The position numbers were made by a program, and so were the translations under genes. A stretch of DNA of 64,000 nucleotides from positions 96,001 to 160,000 of the forward strand of contig JAXGPA010000003.1 in the NCBI GenBank assembly GCA_040767195.1, read 5' to 3'. This document shows, piece after piece, positions 52,312-60,949 of this stretch. The notes below the pieces were generated by a model. That model made no database searches. It saw only the letters and a program-made list of their open reading frames with translations, and was not told where the DNA came from. The stretch is from Syntrophales bacterium. GTDB lineage: Bacteria > Desulfobacterota > Syntrophia > Syntrophales > UBA6807. The stretch's first letter is position 1. Every line of letters starts with the position of its first letter.

Positions 52312-53433
52312 TCAATTTTTCGGCGTAATGTCCTCGATGTCCTGTTCCCCTTTAGGTTCAAGGGCCAGGCGGACAAGACCGTCGCCGGTCTTTGAAAAAT
52401 CAAGTTCCGTCAAATGCAGGGCCCGGACACGCCGGTTGTGCTGCGTGTGATAATAAAGAACCTTTTCGGAAAGGTCCCACGCCGTCGTCCATATGGTGGA
52501 ACTGCGCATGCCTTGCGTTCCGGCGGAGCCGTCGGACCCTTCGGCGGAGCCGAGAGGTATGTTGAAATTATCGAGGATCCTGAAAACCTCGTACACCGTT
52601 TCAGAAGATGTCGCCGTAGGGCGTGCCGTCTGTGTCCAGGCGACGGCGCGGACAAACCGGGAAGGAGGCGTGTTGTCACCGGGCAACCCGATCATTCCGC
52701 TGCCTCCCCCCAGGGGTTCGAAATCGAGATTTTCAATTTTCTTGTCCGGCAGGGCGACGGGCGAAAGATTCAAATAATTCCTCAAATTGGTCATGTGCCA
52801 GTCGTAAGTCGGCCCGTTCGTGATGACCCCGAGGGGATTGTCAAATATCTTCATCCCGCCGTCCTTGAACTCGATGACGACGGATTTTCCCTCGGGGCCT
52901 GTGATCATCCAGTGCGCGTAAACGGGGATTCCGATGGCGTCTTCCACGACGGGAACGACCCTGACTTCTCTCAAGCCTGCGAGAGCCTCATCCACCGTTG
53001 CAAACCGCGTGAGAATGAAGTTCGTCACATCGAGGGCCGTGATGGACTTAGCCGCCTTGTTCCTTTCGTATTCCGGGTAATCGGCGAATCCCATGTGGTA
53101 GAAAAGTCCCGCGGCCAGCCCCTTCTCGTTCATGCCGTCGGCGACGTAATTTTTCCCGAGCATATCCAGCCCGACGACGCCATATTTTGCTTTCCAGGTC
53201 ATGCCGTTCATTCCCTCCGGGGTCAGTCCGGTCAGGGAAAAGCCACGGGGAATGATCATGACACGGGATTGGAGGTCAAATTTACCCCACTCCATAGTAC
53301 GGCCGTAAACGACCCCCCCATCGGCGGCCGTCAACCGGATTCCGGTGCAGGCCCGGCCCGAGTTCACGGAAATTGCGAGGAGAAACAGGAGAAGCAGGAG
53401 CCCCGGAATGAACATGGTTCTGTTCAGCTTCAT
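52312..53433 (-). CDS. Choloylglycine hydrolase / penicillin V acylase family Ntn-hydrolase, exported
   Basis: Signal peptide followed by CTG, GRTME, DGMNEKGL, TN.P, LPGD.TP.SRF.R. Confidence 0.92.
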   Translation of the reverse strand: MKLNRTMFIPGLLLLLFLLAISVNSGRACTGIRLTAADGGVVYGRTMEWGKFDLQSRVMIIPRGFSLTGLTPEGMNGMTWKAKYGVVGLDMLGKNYVADGMNEKGLAAGLFYHMGFADYPEYERNKAAKSITALDVTNFILTRFATVDEALAGLREVRVVPVVEDAIGIPVYAHWMITGPEGKSVVIEFKDGGMKIFDNPLGVITNGPTYDWHMTNLRNYLNLSPVALPDKKIENLDFEPLGGGSGMIGLPGDNTPPSRFVRAVAWTQTARPTATSSETVYEVFRILDNFNIPLGSAEGSDGSAGTQGMRSSTIWTTAWDLSEKVLYYHTQHNRRVRALHLTELDFSKTGDGLVRLALEPKGEQDIEDITPKN

Positions 53434-53503
53434 TTTGCCTCCTTTTGCATGACGGATTTGCACCTATGACAGCTCTCATCCACCGGCCGGGAATCCTCGC
53501 AGT

Positions 53504-53872
53504 TCATTTCCCGTATTCCGCATCCAGAAAAGCCTCCAGACGCTCCATGGTTTGTTCGGCCACCTTTTTTTCTTTGGTAAAATAGCGCCGCAATCGCTCA
53601 ACAAGGAGCCTTTGTTTCGTTCTGTCATCAGAATAATATTCATGCTTCAACAACTTTTCCACCCAGGCCAGATTCGATCCCACTTCTTCAGGAATGCGTT
53701 CCCCGTCATGACGGACGGCGTCGCTCGGGCAGATGTCGTGACAGACCCCGCATCGTATGCACTCGTCTTCATTGATGAAAGCAACGTCTTCCTTCATAGA
53801 AATAGCGCCGACGTAACATTCATCGACGCAGATCCCGCATCCGTTACAAAGTTCTTTTTTGATCCAGGGCAT
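53504..53872 (-). CDS. 2x[4Fe-4S] ferredoxin-domain protein
   Basis: CNGCGICVDEC and CIRCGVCHDICP plus helical C-terminus. Confidence 0.88.
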   Translation of the reverse strand: MPWIKKELCNGCGICVDECYVGAISMKEDVAFINEDECIRCGVCHDICPSDAVRHDGERIPEEVGSNLAWVEKLLKHEYYSDDRTKQRLLVERLRRYFTKEKKVAEQTMERLEAFLDAEYGK

Positions 53873-53921
53873 CTCGATGTCTCTCCTCCTTAAATATTTT
53901 AGGGTTTAGGGGTCGGGTTTA

Positions 53922-54220
53922 GGGGTCGGACCAAGTTATCCTATTGATATCGAAAAGTAATCGCTCAAAAAACAGGCGTTTTTGAGCCTTAGAACGGCAA
54001 TTTCAATGGTAAAATCGATCCTGTAAAGAAAACCAACCCATCATTCATTGATGACACATCACACATATCCGAAGATGCGAGGTCTATTTACCCATGGCAT
54101 TGTATGACTCGAATCTTAAAAAGCCATTTTTAACGTTAAAAATGCTGGTTTAAGCCAAAAAATCAGAGAAAATTTGTCTACTATTGGAATAATATTAAAT
54201 TGTTATCTTGGTCCGACCCC
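53922..54220. mobile_element. TIR element copy B (complete, 299 bp, MITE-like)
   Basis: Perfect 14-bp TIRs GGGGTCGGACCAAG / CTTGGTCCGACCCC; AT-rich non-coding interior with palindrome CATTTTTAACGTTAAAAATG. Confidence 0.85.
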
Positions 54221-54274
54221 AGTGATCCCAATAATCGTGACTCCCGCGAGCTAAAGGGCGTTTTTCATTACAAA

Positions 54275-55462
54275 TCAATCCGGGGCCAAACCCTTATCCT
54301 CCGCTGAAACAAATTGCCGGTACAGGTATTCGATGACCTCCCGGTCCAGCGGGAATTGGCCCGGCCATTCACGGATCTTTGCCTGTCCTTTTGAGAGTTC
54401 CCCGCGGGGAACGACAACACGAACGCCGAAGGGAGTCTGCACCTCTAAGGCGTTCTTTTCGGCCACCTGATGGGAACCGTCCAGTTTCAGGGCAACGGTG
54501 CCTGAACGGGTAATGAGCTTTTGGTTGGCAAGCCTTTCATCCCGGCAAGGCGCACAGACACTGCGACAAAAGCCGCATACCGTATAGTAGAACCAGTCAG
54601 GATCGAAAACGGCCTTCCGATAGTTGGAGAAGTAGCTTCCGGCGTCCTGCATCTGGGGATCTGACTTCTGCAGACTGATACACAGCGCGTCAAGCTCCCT
54701 CTTGTCTTCGGGTATCGATCGACCAAGGCGGTAGGGACTCCAGTTCGACCATGCACCTGAGGCGGCAGTCCCCTCATATCCGGTGCAGCCTATCCAGCAG
54801 CAGGTATTGGGCCGCTTGCGTGATATGGTTTCGGTGATGCCGGCGACGGTGACTTGGGTCGACGTCTTGGGGTGAATCATTCCCACAGGGCAGACGAGGC
54901 TGCACATTTTGCACTTGTCACAGGGGTGTTTTTTGTCCGGGATCGGTACGTCAGGCGTTAAAATGGCGGAGGTCAGGACACTCCCAAGCTCAACCAGCGC
55001 ACCGTATTCCCTGGTCAGCAAATTGCCGCTCCAGCCTAACCGCCCTATTCCAGCTGCAACAGCTCCGTAACGGTGAGAAAAAACCGGGTGAAACTCGGTC
55101 ATCTCAGTGATGTCTGCGGCGTTTTTCTCAGGCCGAAAATTGTTGTTGAGGTCAACATTGACAGCTTCGAAGCCTTCCGATCGCAGTTGCCCGGCAAGCC
55201 GGTCGCCGATTTTATAGAGTTTCCGCGCAACGTCTTTTCTGTTTTCGCAGTGAGGACGCCATTTTTTCTTACTGATAAAATCGTTTGCCGTTTCCCTGTC
55301 CAGTGAGACCGCGAAAGAAATAACCGAGTTTGCCGACGGCAAAAGATAGCGTGGATCGGCGGAGGGCGGCCCGTCAGCCATAACGCGCCTCGACGTGATG
55401 CCAATCAGATCGGCACCACAATTCCTGGCCAGGGATTTCAGTTTCGTTTCAGCATGTCCCAT
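54275..55462 (-). CDS. Epoxyqueuosine-reductase/RdhA-like Fe-S protein
   Basis: GAD.IGI, A.SVIS, SHRY.AVAAG.G.LG, CDKCKMC..VCP, CGFCRSVC. Confidence 0.75.
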   Translation of the reverse strand: MGHAETKLKSLARNCGADLIGITSRRVMADGPPSADPRYLLPSANSVISFAVSLDRETANDFISKKKWRPHCENRKDVARKLYKIGDRLAGQLRSEGFEAVNVDLNNNFRPEKNAADITEMTEFHPVFSHRYGAVAAGIGRLGWSGNLLTREYGALVELGSVLTSAILTPDVPIPDKKHPCDKCKMCSLVCPVGMIHPKTSTQVTVAGITETISRKRPNTCCWIGCTGYEGTAASGAWSNWSPYRLGRSIPEDKRELDALCISLQKSDPQMQDAGSYFSNYRKAVFDPDWFYYTVCGFCRSVCAPCRDERLANQKLITRSGTVALKLDGSHQVAEKNALEVQTPFGVRVVVPRGELSKGQAKIREWPGQFPLDREVIEYLYRQFVSAEDKGLAPD

Positions 55463-55490
55463 CGCTTTAGTTCATCGCTCCTATGCTTTT

Positions 55491-55563
55491 GTCCAATGTC
55501 GCCATCACCTTTTGAGTGAAGTGCAGCGGTACTCATTCACGTGCTTGTATTTGTCGGTTAGCC
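55491..55563 (-). other. Degenerate attC-like site
   Basis: Minus strand GGCTAAC just after the stop codon, internal hairpin, ends ATTGGAC (imperfect GTT box). Confidence 0.4.
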
Positions 55564-55569
55564 ATCATC

Positions 55570-55935
55570 CTAGCTCGATAACCAGGCTTCTGCCTCTGCC
55601 TTTTGATCCCTATCAAAAGCTCTAATTTTCAGACCTGGAAACAACGCCCCTTCGAATTCACTCACTTTCTTCAACCAGGTTCTGTCAGTCAACACCGCCG
55701 CTCGGTCAAACTTCTTCATGAGACCAACCATTGAAGGAAAGCGCGAAAACTCAATTGCAATTGCACCAAGCGATGGCAGATGAAAGTCTTCAATTTCATA
55801 CAACATTCTTCCATTTTCGATATTCTTCGACTTGTTGATTAGTTCATCTAGAGCAATTTTCATTGCTTCAGTGTCCAACTTCCCACTCAACCAAATATTT
55901 AAACGATTCATACCATGTCGTTCTACTTTAAACAT
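55570..55935 (-). CDS. STAS/SEC14 (SpoIIAA-like) domain protein
   Basis: LSGKL, FDRAAVL.D..W, I.AF....AEAEAWL. Confidence 0.85.
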   Translation of the reverse strand: MFKVERHGMNRLNIWLSGKLDTEAMKIALDELINKSKNIENGRMLYEIEDFHLPSLGAIAIEFSRFPSMVGLMKKFDRAAVLTDRTWLKKVSEFEGALFPGLKIRAFDRDQKAEAEAWLSS

Positions 55936-55948
55936 GAATTTCCACTTT

Positions 55949-56256
55949 CAGGTCAGACCAGGTTATCCGAGTTATCTTATTGGTATCCAAAAATAATCGC
56001 TCATAATAACTAGAGTTATGAAGCCTTAAAATGCCAATTTCAGACGCAAAATTGAGTTTGTAAAAAAACAACCCTGCATTCACTGATGACAGGTCAAACG
56101 CATCAAAAGAGGTAACCTCCATTTACCCCATGGCATTATATGAATCAAAGCTTAAACCGACATTTTTAACGTTAAAAATGTCGGTTTAAGCCAAATAATC
56201 AGAGAAAATATGTCTATTATTGAAGTTATATTAAACCGTTACCTTGGTCCGACCCC
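55949..56256. mobile_element. TIR element copy C (complete, ~308 bp)
   Basis: Colinear with copy B; degenerate left TIR CAGGTCAGACCAGG, perfect right TIR 56243-56256; perfect 42-bp palindrome at 56150-56191. Confidence 0.85.
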
Positions 56257-57959
56257 GAGGACCCAGGAAATTCGAAGACGAATCGGGAATGAGACCTGTC
56301 CTGCTGTTCCTGGAAGTCCCCGCCGTGGTTCTGCATGGTACGCTGAATGATGCGCAGTTGTCGTCCTTCCAGAGGAGCGGTTTCCGGTGATGTCGCGGCC
56401 GAGATGCGGAGCCACGATTTCCCGCGAGTCTCTCCATAAACGAGCTCGATGTGCTCGAATCCCCTAACGGCAAGCCGCTCGAAGAGGATCAGGAGAAGAT
56501 CCTGAAATACGGCCCTGTCCATCCGAACCTGCGCCGCTTGACGGCATGAGGGGTCCAGATCAAACCGGACCCCTTCAAAGAGCGGATGCTCGGCGATCCG
56601 GGAAGCAAGCGCCTTGAGGAAGGTCCCGCCCGCTCCTGTAGCCTCCAGGACGGCCTCGTCGCTGAACAGGGGTTCGCGCGCCTTGCTCACCACCTCCTCC
56701 ACGGCCTCGGACAGGTCGAATCCTTCTTCCGGAAGAACGAACCGGAAACCATAAGTCGCGTGGTAAAACTCGGAGAAAAGGGTCTTTATCCGTCGCAGCA
56801 GAAGGGGGTTCATCAAATAGGAAACGCTCTCCGGGGAGAACGTCTTGTCGAACCGGGCCATGAAGTGAAGCGCCCGAACCAGGATGACATTCTTGAGTTC
56901 CTTACCCTTGAAGTCCTCCACGAAGTAGTGAAAATCATCGATCAGGCGTTCCACGGCCGGCAGATCGATGGCATTCTGAAGGTTGCCCGCCTCCTCCTTT
57001 TCGTCCAGGATTTCAAGCCAGTGTGCTGTCTTGAGGAGCCGTGCGGACACCACGGCGAAGAGGACGCTGATCTCATCCAGGACAATGCCCGCATAGTCCA
57101 GAAGATCAAGCAATCGCTGACGGTTCAGGGGGATCAGGTCCGAGAGCGTCTTAAGCTGCCGTTCCTGGCGATGAATGATCTTCTCGAACTGGTCAAATGA
57201 AAACGGCTTTCCATGCCCCGGAACGACCCACTCGATCTCCCGATTCCGGCCCAACCAGCGCAGCAGGCTCAGCGTTTCGTCGAGCGCTTCCGGATCCCAC
57301 CCCACGGCACCGGCCACGCCGATGTCGGTCGCAAAAGGAAGGTCTCCCACAAAGAGGCACTTTCCCACAAGGAAACTGACACCGTCCGGACTGTGTCCGG
57401 GCGTCTGAAAGATTTCCATCCGGTCGTGACCGTTGACGGCCACCTGAACCGTGGGGACAGAAGATCCCGCCTGAATCTCCACCCGTTCCGGCTGAAACAT
57501 TTCCTCGAAGGGGTGGTAAGCCGGAGGGCCCGCCTCAACGGGTTCCTCGGCTCCGAAAATACCGGCCCACACGTCGCAGGCCGGTACGTCGAGCGCGTGC
57601 AGGTCGGACACCGTCACCGCACGATCCCGCCTGCTCAATAGCCGGGCCCCCTCGGCATGGCAGATCAACCGCGCCCCCAAAGCTCCTTCAAGCAGGAATG
57701 GCACCGCGAAAAAATGATCGATGTGGCAATGACTCAGGTAGACAAACACCGGTTTCGAAGCTTCCGCCAGGAGGGACGTCAGAATCTTCCCGATCTCGGC
57801 GATCTGAAGGGTGTCGGCCCCTGGATCCATGACGATGATCTGAGAGGACGTGGCCAGAACGAAGCTGTTCGAGCAGAGAATGCTGGGCTGTCGGATCAGC
57901 GGATAAATCTGCACCTCCCGTGTCCCTGGAACCTGAGTCCATTTTCCGTTTTCAATCAA
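56226..57959 (-). CDS. MBL-fold hydrolase fused to a helical region and a degenerate HATPase-like C-terminal domain
   Basis: SHCHIDH, TPGHSPD, GD, PGHG; C-terminus F.L.E.V.E.V...HGG....F.FEFP; last residues are encoded by element C. Confidence 0.75.
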   Translation of the reverse strand: MIENGKWTQVPGTREVQIYPLIRQPSILCSNSFVLATSSQIIVMDPGADTLQIAEIGKILTSLLAEASKPVFVYLSHCHIDHFFAVPFLLEGALGARLICHAEGARLLSRRDRAVTVSDLHALDVPACDVWAGIFGAEEPVEAGPPAYHPFEEMFQPERVEIQAGSSVPTVQVAVNGHDRMEIFQTPGHSPDGVSFLVGKCLFVGDLPFATDIGVAGAVGWDPEALDETLSLLRWLGRNREIEWVVPGHGKPFSFDQFEKIIHRQERQLKTLSDLIPLNRQRLLDLLDYAGIVLDEISVLFAVVSARLLKTAHWLEILDEKEEAGNLQNAIDLPAVERLIDDFHYFVEDFKGKELKNVILVRALHFMARFDKTFSPESVSYLMNPLLLRRIKTLFSEFYHATYGFRFVLPEEGFDLSEAVEEVVSKAREPLFSDEAVLEATGAGGTFLKALASRIAEHPLFEGVRFDLDPSCRQAAQVRMDRAVFQDLLLILFERLAVRGFEHIELVYGETRGKSWLRISAATSPETAPLEGRQLRIIQRTMQNHGGDFQEQQDRSHSRFVFEFPGSSGSDQGNGLI

Positions 57960-58097
57960 GGGATTCTCCTTTCCCCCCGAATTCGGGGCTACCGACGGGA
58001 AATGTCACCCATCGCCTATCATGCGCTTAACGATCCTGCAGGTTTCACATCGAGTCGGCACGATATCTCGTGCTTAAAGTGACTTATTGTTTGGTGG

Positions 58098-58158
58098 TGC
58101 TGACGTTCCGGTTCAGCGGCGGCGCGCCGGCAACGTCCGCTGGAACCGGTTGTTATGG
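58098..58158 (-). other. attC site
   Basis: Minus strand CCATAAC-AA-CCGGTTCCAGCGG...CCGCTGAACCGG-AAC-GTCAGCA: long stem with a single bulged C, 61 bp. Confidence 0.75.
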
Positions 58159-58194
58159 CGTATTCCAGGAGCTGCGTTTTTTCGCTCTGGAACG

Positions 58195-58764
58195 TCACAA
58201 GCCGGCCCGTCCCAACCAATACAGTAACAAAAGAATCAGCCCCGCCACGAAAACAACGACGAACCAATCGTGGACCTTAAACAGCTGCGGCAGGGTCAGG
58301 TCGCCGAAATCGCCTTTCTTCAGAATACCCTGATTGAGTCGGGGATAGAGTGCGGCGAAAAGACTGGTGCCGATCAGAATGCCCGCCAGCCCTCCCACCG
58401 CCGCGTCCAGGTAGCCATTCCCGATGGCGCCCGCGATGGTTCCAGGACAATAGCCCAACACCGCAAATCCGATCCCGAAAATCAGCCCGCCAATGATGTT
58501 CATGCCCGCCGAACCGGTTTTGGGATTCAGTTGTACCCAGCCCAACGATTTCATGGCATAGATCCCGATCATTCCGGTCAGGACGGCGGATAGCATGATT
58601 TTCAGGACAGTGAAATCAGTAAGCAGAAGTTGTCCGAGGATCACGTCGTACTTTGTCGCGCCTCCTTTCTGCAGCAGAAAGCCGAACACGATGCCAAACA
58701 CCAATCCCCAAAGCAAAGTGGGTTTGTCTTCAAATCGTGCTGTTCCCGGATTCTTTGCATGCAT
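58195..58764 (-). CDS. YeeE/YedE sulfur-compound transporter family protein
   Basis: GIVFGFLLQKG, GG.IFG.G....GYCPGT. Confidence 0.9.
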   Translation of the reverse strand: MHAKNPGTARFEDKPTLLWGLVFGIVFGFLLQKGGATKYDVILGQLLLTDFTVLKIMLSAVLTGMIGIYAMKSLGWVQLNPKTGSAGMNIIGGLIFGIGFAVLGYCPGTIAGAIGNGYLDAAVGGLAGILIGTSLFAALYPRLNQGILKKGDFGDLTLPQLFKVHDWFVVVFVAGLILLLLYWLGRAGL

Positions 58765-58775
58765 GTGTCTCTCCG

Positions 58776-59297
58776 CTAACCGATCAATCTGAAAATCAGA
58801 TGCGCCGTCAGGATCCCGCCGATGAAAAAGCAAGCAGCAGAGATCCAGCTCGAAACAGCCAGTTGCAGCGTGCCGCTGATGCCATGCCCGCTGGTACATC
58901 CGTCGGCCCACCGGCTGCCGAAACCGATGATAACACCGCCCAGCAGCGCCGTACCAACTCGCAGCAAGGGCGCGCTGCCAAATCCGCTTTCCCAGGTTGA
59001 AGGGACCCATTGCCAGCGAAAATCACCGGACAGCAGCGCTGAAAACAACGAGCCGATGACAATGCCCAGAACCAGCATCATCTGCCAATCCACAACAAGC
59101 TGTAACTTTTTATAGTAAGGCTTCTGCTCCACTTTATCACCTCGAAAGAGCATTTCGATCATGCCGCCCAGCTTGGCAAATGTGGTCGAGCAGGCGATGG
59201 GTCTTTTGGAGATGAAAAAGGTGAGCCAACTGAGGATGCCGATACTGATCCCAACCCCGTAGGGAGACCAGCGGACTTGAGTGAAAAGATCCATCAT
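58776..59297 (-). CDS. YeeE/YedE sulfur-compound transporter family protein
   Basis: WSPY..G, GSRWADGCTSGHGISG. Confidence 0.9.
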   Translation of the reverse strand: MMDLFTQVRWSPYGVGISIGILSWLTFFISKRPIACSTTFAKLGGMIEMLFRGDKVEQKPYYKKLQLVVDWQMMLVLGIVIGSLFSALLSGDFRWQWVPSTWESGFGSAPLLRVGTALLGGVIIGFGSRWADGCTSGHGISGTLQLAVSSWISAACFFIGGILTAHLIFRLIG

Positions 59298-59312
59298 GTT
59301 TAACCCCAATTC

Positions 59313-60764
59313 TTATGCCGCATCCCAATGTCGTTTGACTTCGCTTAAATTCGTGAAGAACCTGGAACCGTGTGGATTGACACAAGCCCGGCAATCCCGG
59401 GTATAACCGGCTGCGCTGTAGCCTGTCATTCCACCGGCAATATTGTACACATCCTTGAATCCATGCTGTTCGAGGAGGCTGGCGCCGAGACTGGAACGAT
59501 TGCCTGTGCTGCAGATAAGGACGGTCGTTTTGTCCCTGTTCAACTCGTTGTAACGGGTGCGCAGGTCGGCCACCGGGATGTTGATGGCGCCCTCGATATG
59601 GTTGTCTTCATATTCCAGTGGAGCGCGCACATCGAGCAGCACAAAGTCAAAATCGCCGGCGATCATATCTTGCAGATCTTCTGCGGAGAGCAGTTTGATG
59701 CTGCGGGTCTTGAGGCCAGCCAACGCCCAGGCCACCATGCCGCTGTCCAGGTAGCCCACGATGCGATCTACCCCAACCCGTCGGGCCCAGGTGATGGCTT
59801 CCAGCGCTGTGCTGTAATCATCCGCCACCAGCAACACATCTTTGTCGGTGGGCAGGACCCAGCCGGCAAAGGTGGGAAAATTGCCGTTGAGATCGAGATG
59901 CCAGGCGCCGGGAATGTGCTGGCCGGCATAAGCATGGTAGCTGCGGGTATCCAGCACCAACACCCCGGGATCGCTCATACGCTCTTTGAATTGGCTTGTA
60001 CTCAACTCTTCGACAGCAAGGAGTTCATCAAGCCTTGCCGGGCCGTGCCGGTTGATGTCGCTGCAGCGGCTGAAATGATCAGGCGCGGGCGGCATGTTCT
60101 CGGTAAGCGACTTGACGAACGCGGACTTGTCTTTAATTTGCAGGGTCGTGTTGAATTTGCGCTCGTAGCCGATGGTGCTGGTCCATTTAGCGCCCATGGC
60201 GCGGCCGCACAGGGACCCGGCCCCATGGGCCGGGTAGACCTCAACATAATCGGGCAACTGCAGCAACTTGTCATGCAGGCTGTGGTAGAGTTGCCCGGCC
60301 AGCTCCCGGGCGATGTCGGGAAACAGGTCCGGTCGGCCCACATCCCCCACAAAGAGCGTATCACCCACGAACACGCCGATCGGGCTGTCGGAGCGGGATT
60401 TATCGATCACGACATAACTGAGATGTTCCGGGGTGTGGCCCGGCGTTTCCAGGACCTTGAGAACCATGTCCTCCAGCTCGATGGTATCGCCTTCCGACAG
60501 GGCAACATGGTTGAAAGTGCATTGTGCTGATTGCGCCACATAGATCTTGGCCCCGGTCTTCTGCGCCAGATCCATGTGCCCCGAAATGAAATCGGCATGA
60601 AGATGGGTTTGTAGAATGTGGGTGATATCAACCCCCAGGGCGCGGGCCTCCGTGATGTAGAGATCCACATCACGCTGGGGGTCGATCACGGCACAGCTGT
60701 TCTTGCCGGCGAGGATGTAAGAGCTGTGTGCGATTTTACCGGTGAAGAAGTGCTTGAGTAACAT
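59313..60764 (-). CDS. MBL-fold persulfide-dioxygenase-like domain plus two rhodanese domains (CstB/Blh-like)
   Basis: THLHADF.SG, TPGHTPEH, GD.GRPDL, PAHGAGSLCG, C-terminal CSTGNRS. Confidence 0.9.
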   Translation of the reverse strand: MLLKHFFTGKIAHSSYILAGKNSCAVIDPQRDVDLYITEARALGVDITHILQTHLHADFISGHMDLAQKTGAKIYVAQSAQCTFNHVALSEGDTIELEDMVLKVLETPGHTPEHLSYVVIDKSRSDSPIGVFVGDTLFVGDVGRPDLFPDIARELAGQLYHSLHDKLLQLPDYVEVYPAHGAGSLCGRAMGAKWTSTIGYERKFNTTLQIKDKSAFVKSLTENMPPAPDHFSRCSDINRHGPARLDELLAVEELSTSQFKERMSDPGVLVLDTRSYHAYAGQHIPGAWHLDLNGNFPTFAGWVLPTDKDVLLVADDYSTALEAITWARRVGVDRIVGYLDSGMVAWALAGLKTRSIKLLSAEDLQDMIAGDFDFVLLDVRAPLEYEDNHIEGAINIPVADLRTRYNELNRDKTTVLICSTGNRSSLGASLLEQHGFKDVYNIAGGMTGYSAAGYTRDCRACVNPHGSRFFTNLSEVKRHWDAA

Positions 60765-60913
60765 GAGGTTTCTCCTATGCGCTTTGGGTTACAGGTAAAA
60801 AGGACAGAATACAGTTACTGCCACAAGCAAGAAAAAAAAGGTCATCCGCTGCCAGCCTTAATGCAGTCCGCGTTGCGATGGCCGCCTGTGGACATCTGCA
60901 GCTTCAATAGTCA

Positions 60914-60934
60914 GATTCCCTCTTTCGCGGGAAC
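60914..60934. repeat. REP-like short palindrome
   Basis: GATTCCCTCTTTCGCGGGAAC resembles the GATTCCCGC-N4-GCGGGAAT class; single copy here. Confidence 0.35.
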
Positions 60935-60949
60935 GAAACATTGGACAGC

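Noticed and set aside
53917..54225. Classical Tn3-type 5-bp target-site duplication around element B
   Set aside because: Flanks are GTTTA and AGTGA, which do not match; copy C flanks do not match either.
55928..56122. 64-aa ORF inside TIR element C
   Set aside because: No transposase motifs and no equivalent ORF listed for copy B.
57960..58097. Palindromes GCACGAGATATCGTGC and CCCCGAATTCGGGG plus a GTTAAGC box as another attC
   Set aside because: No matching inverse core or L-box spacing.
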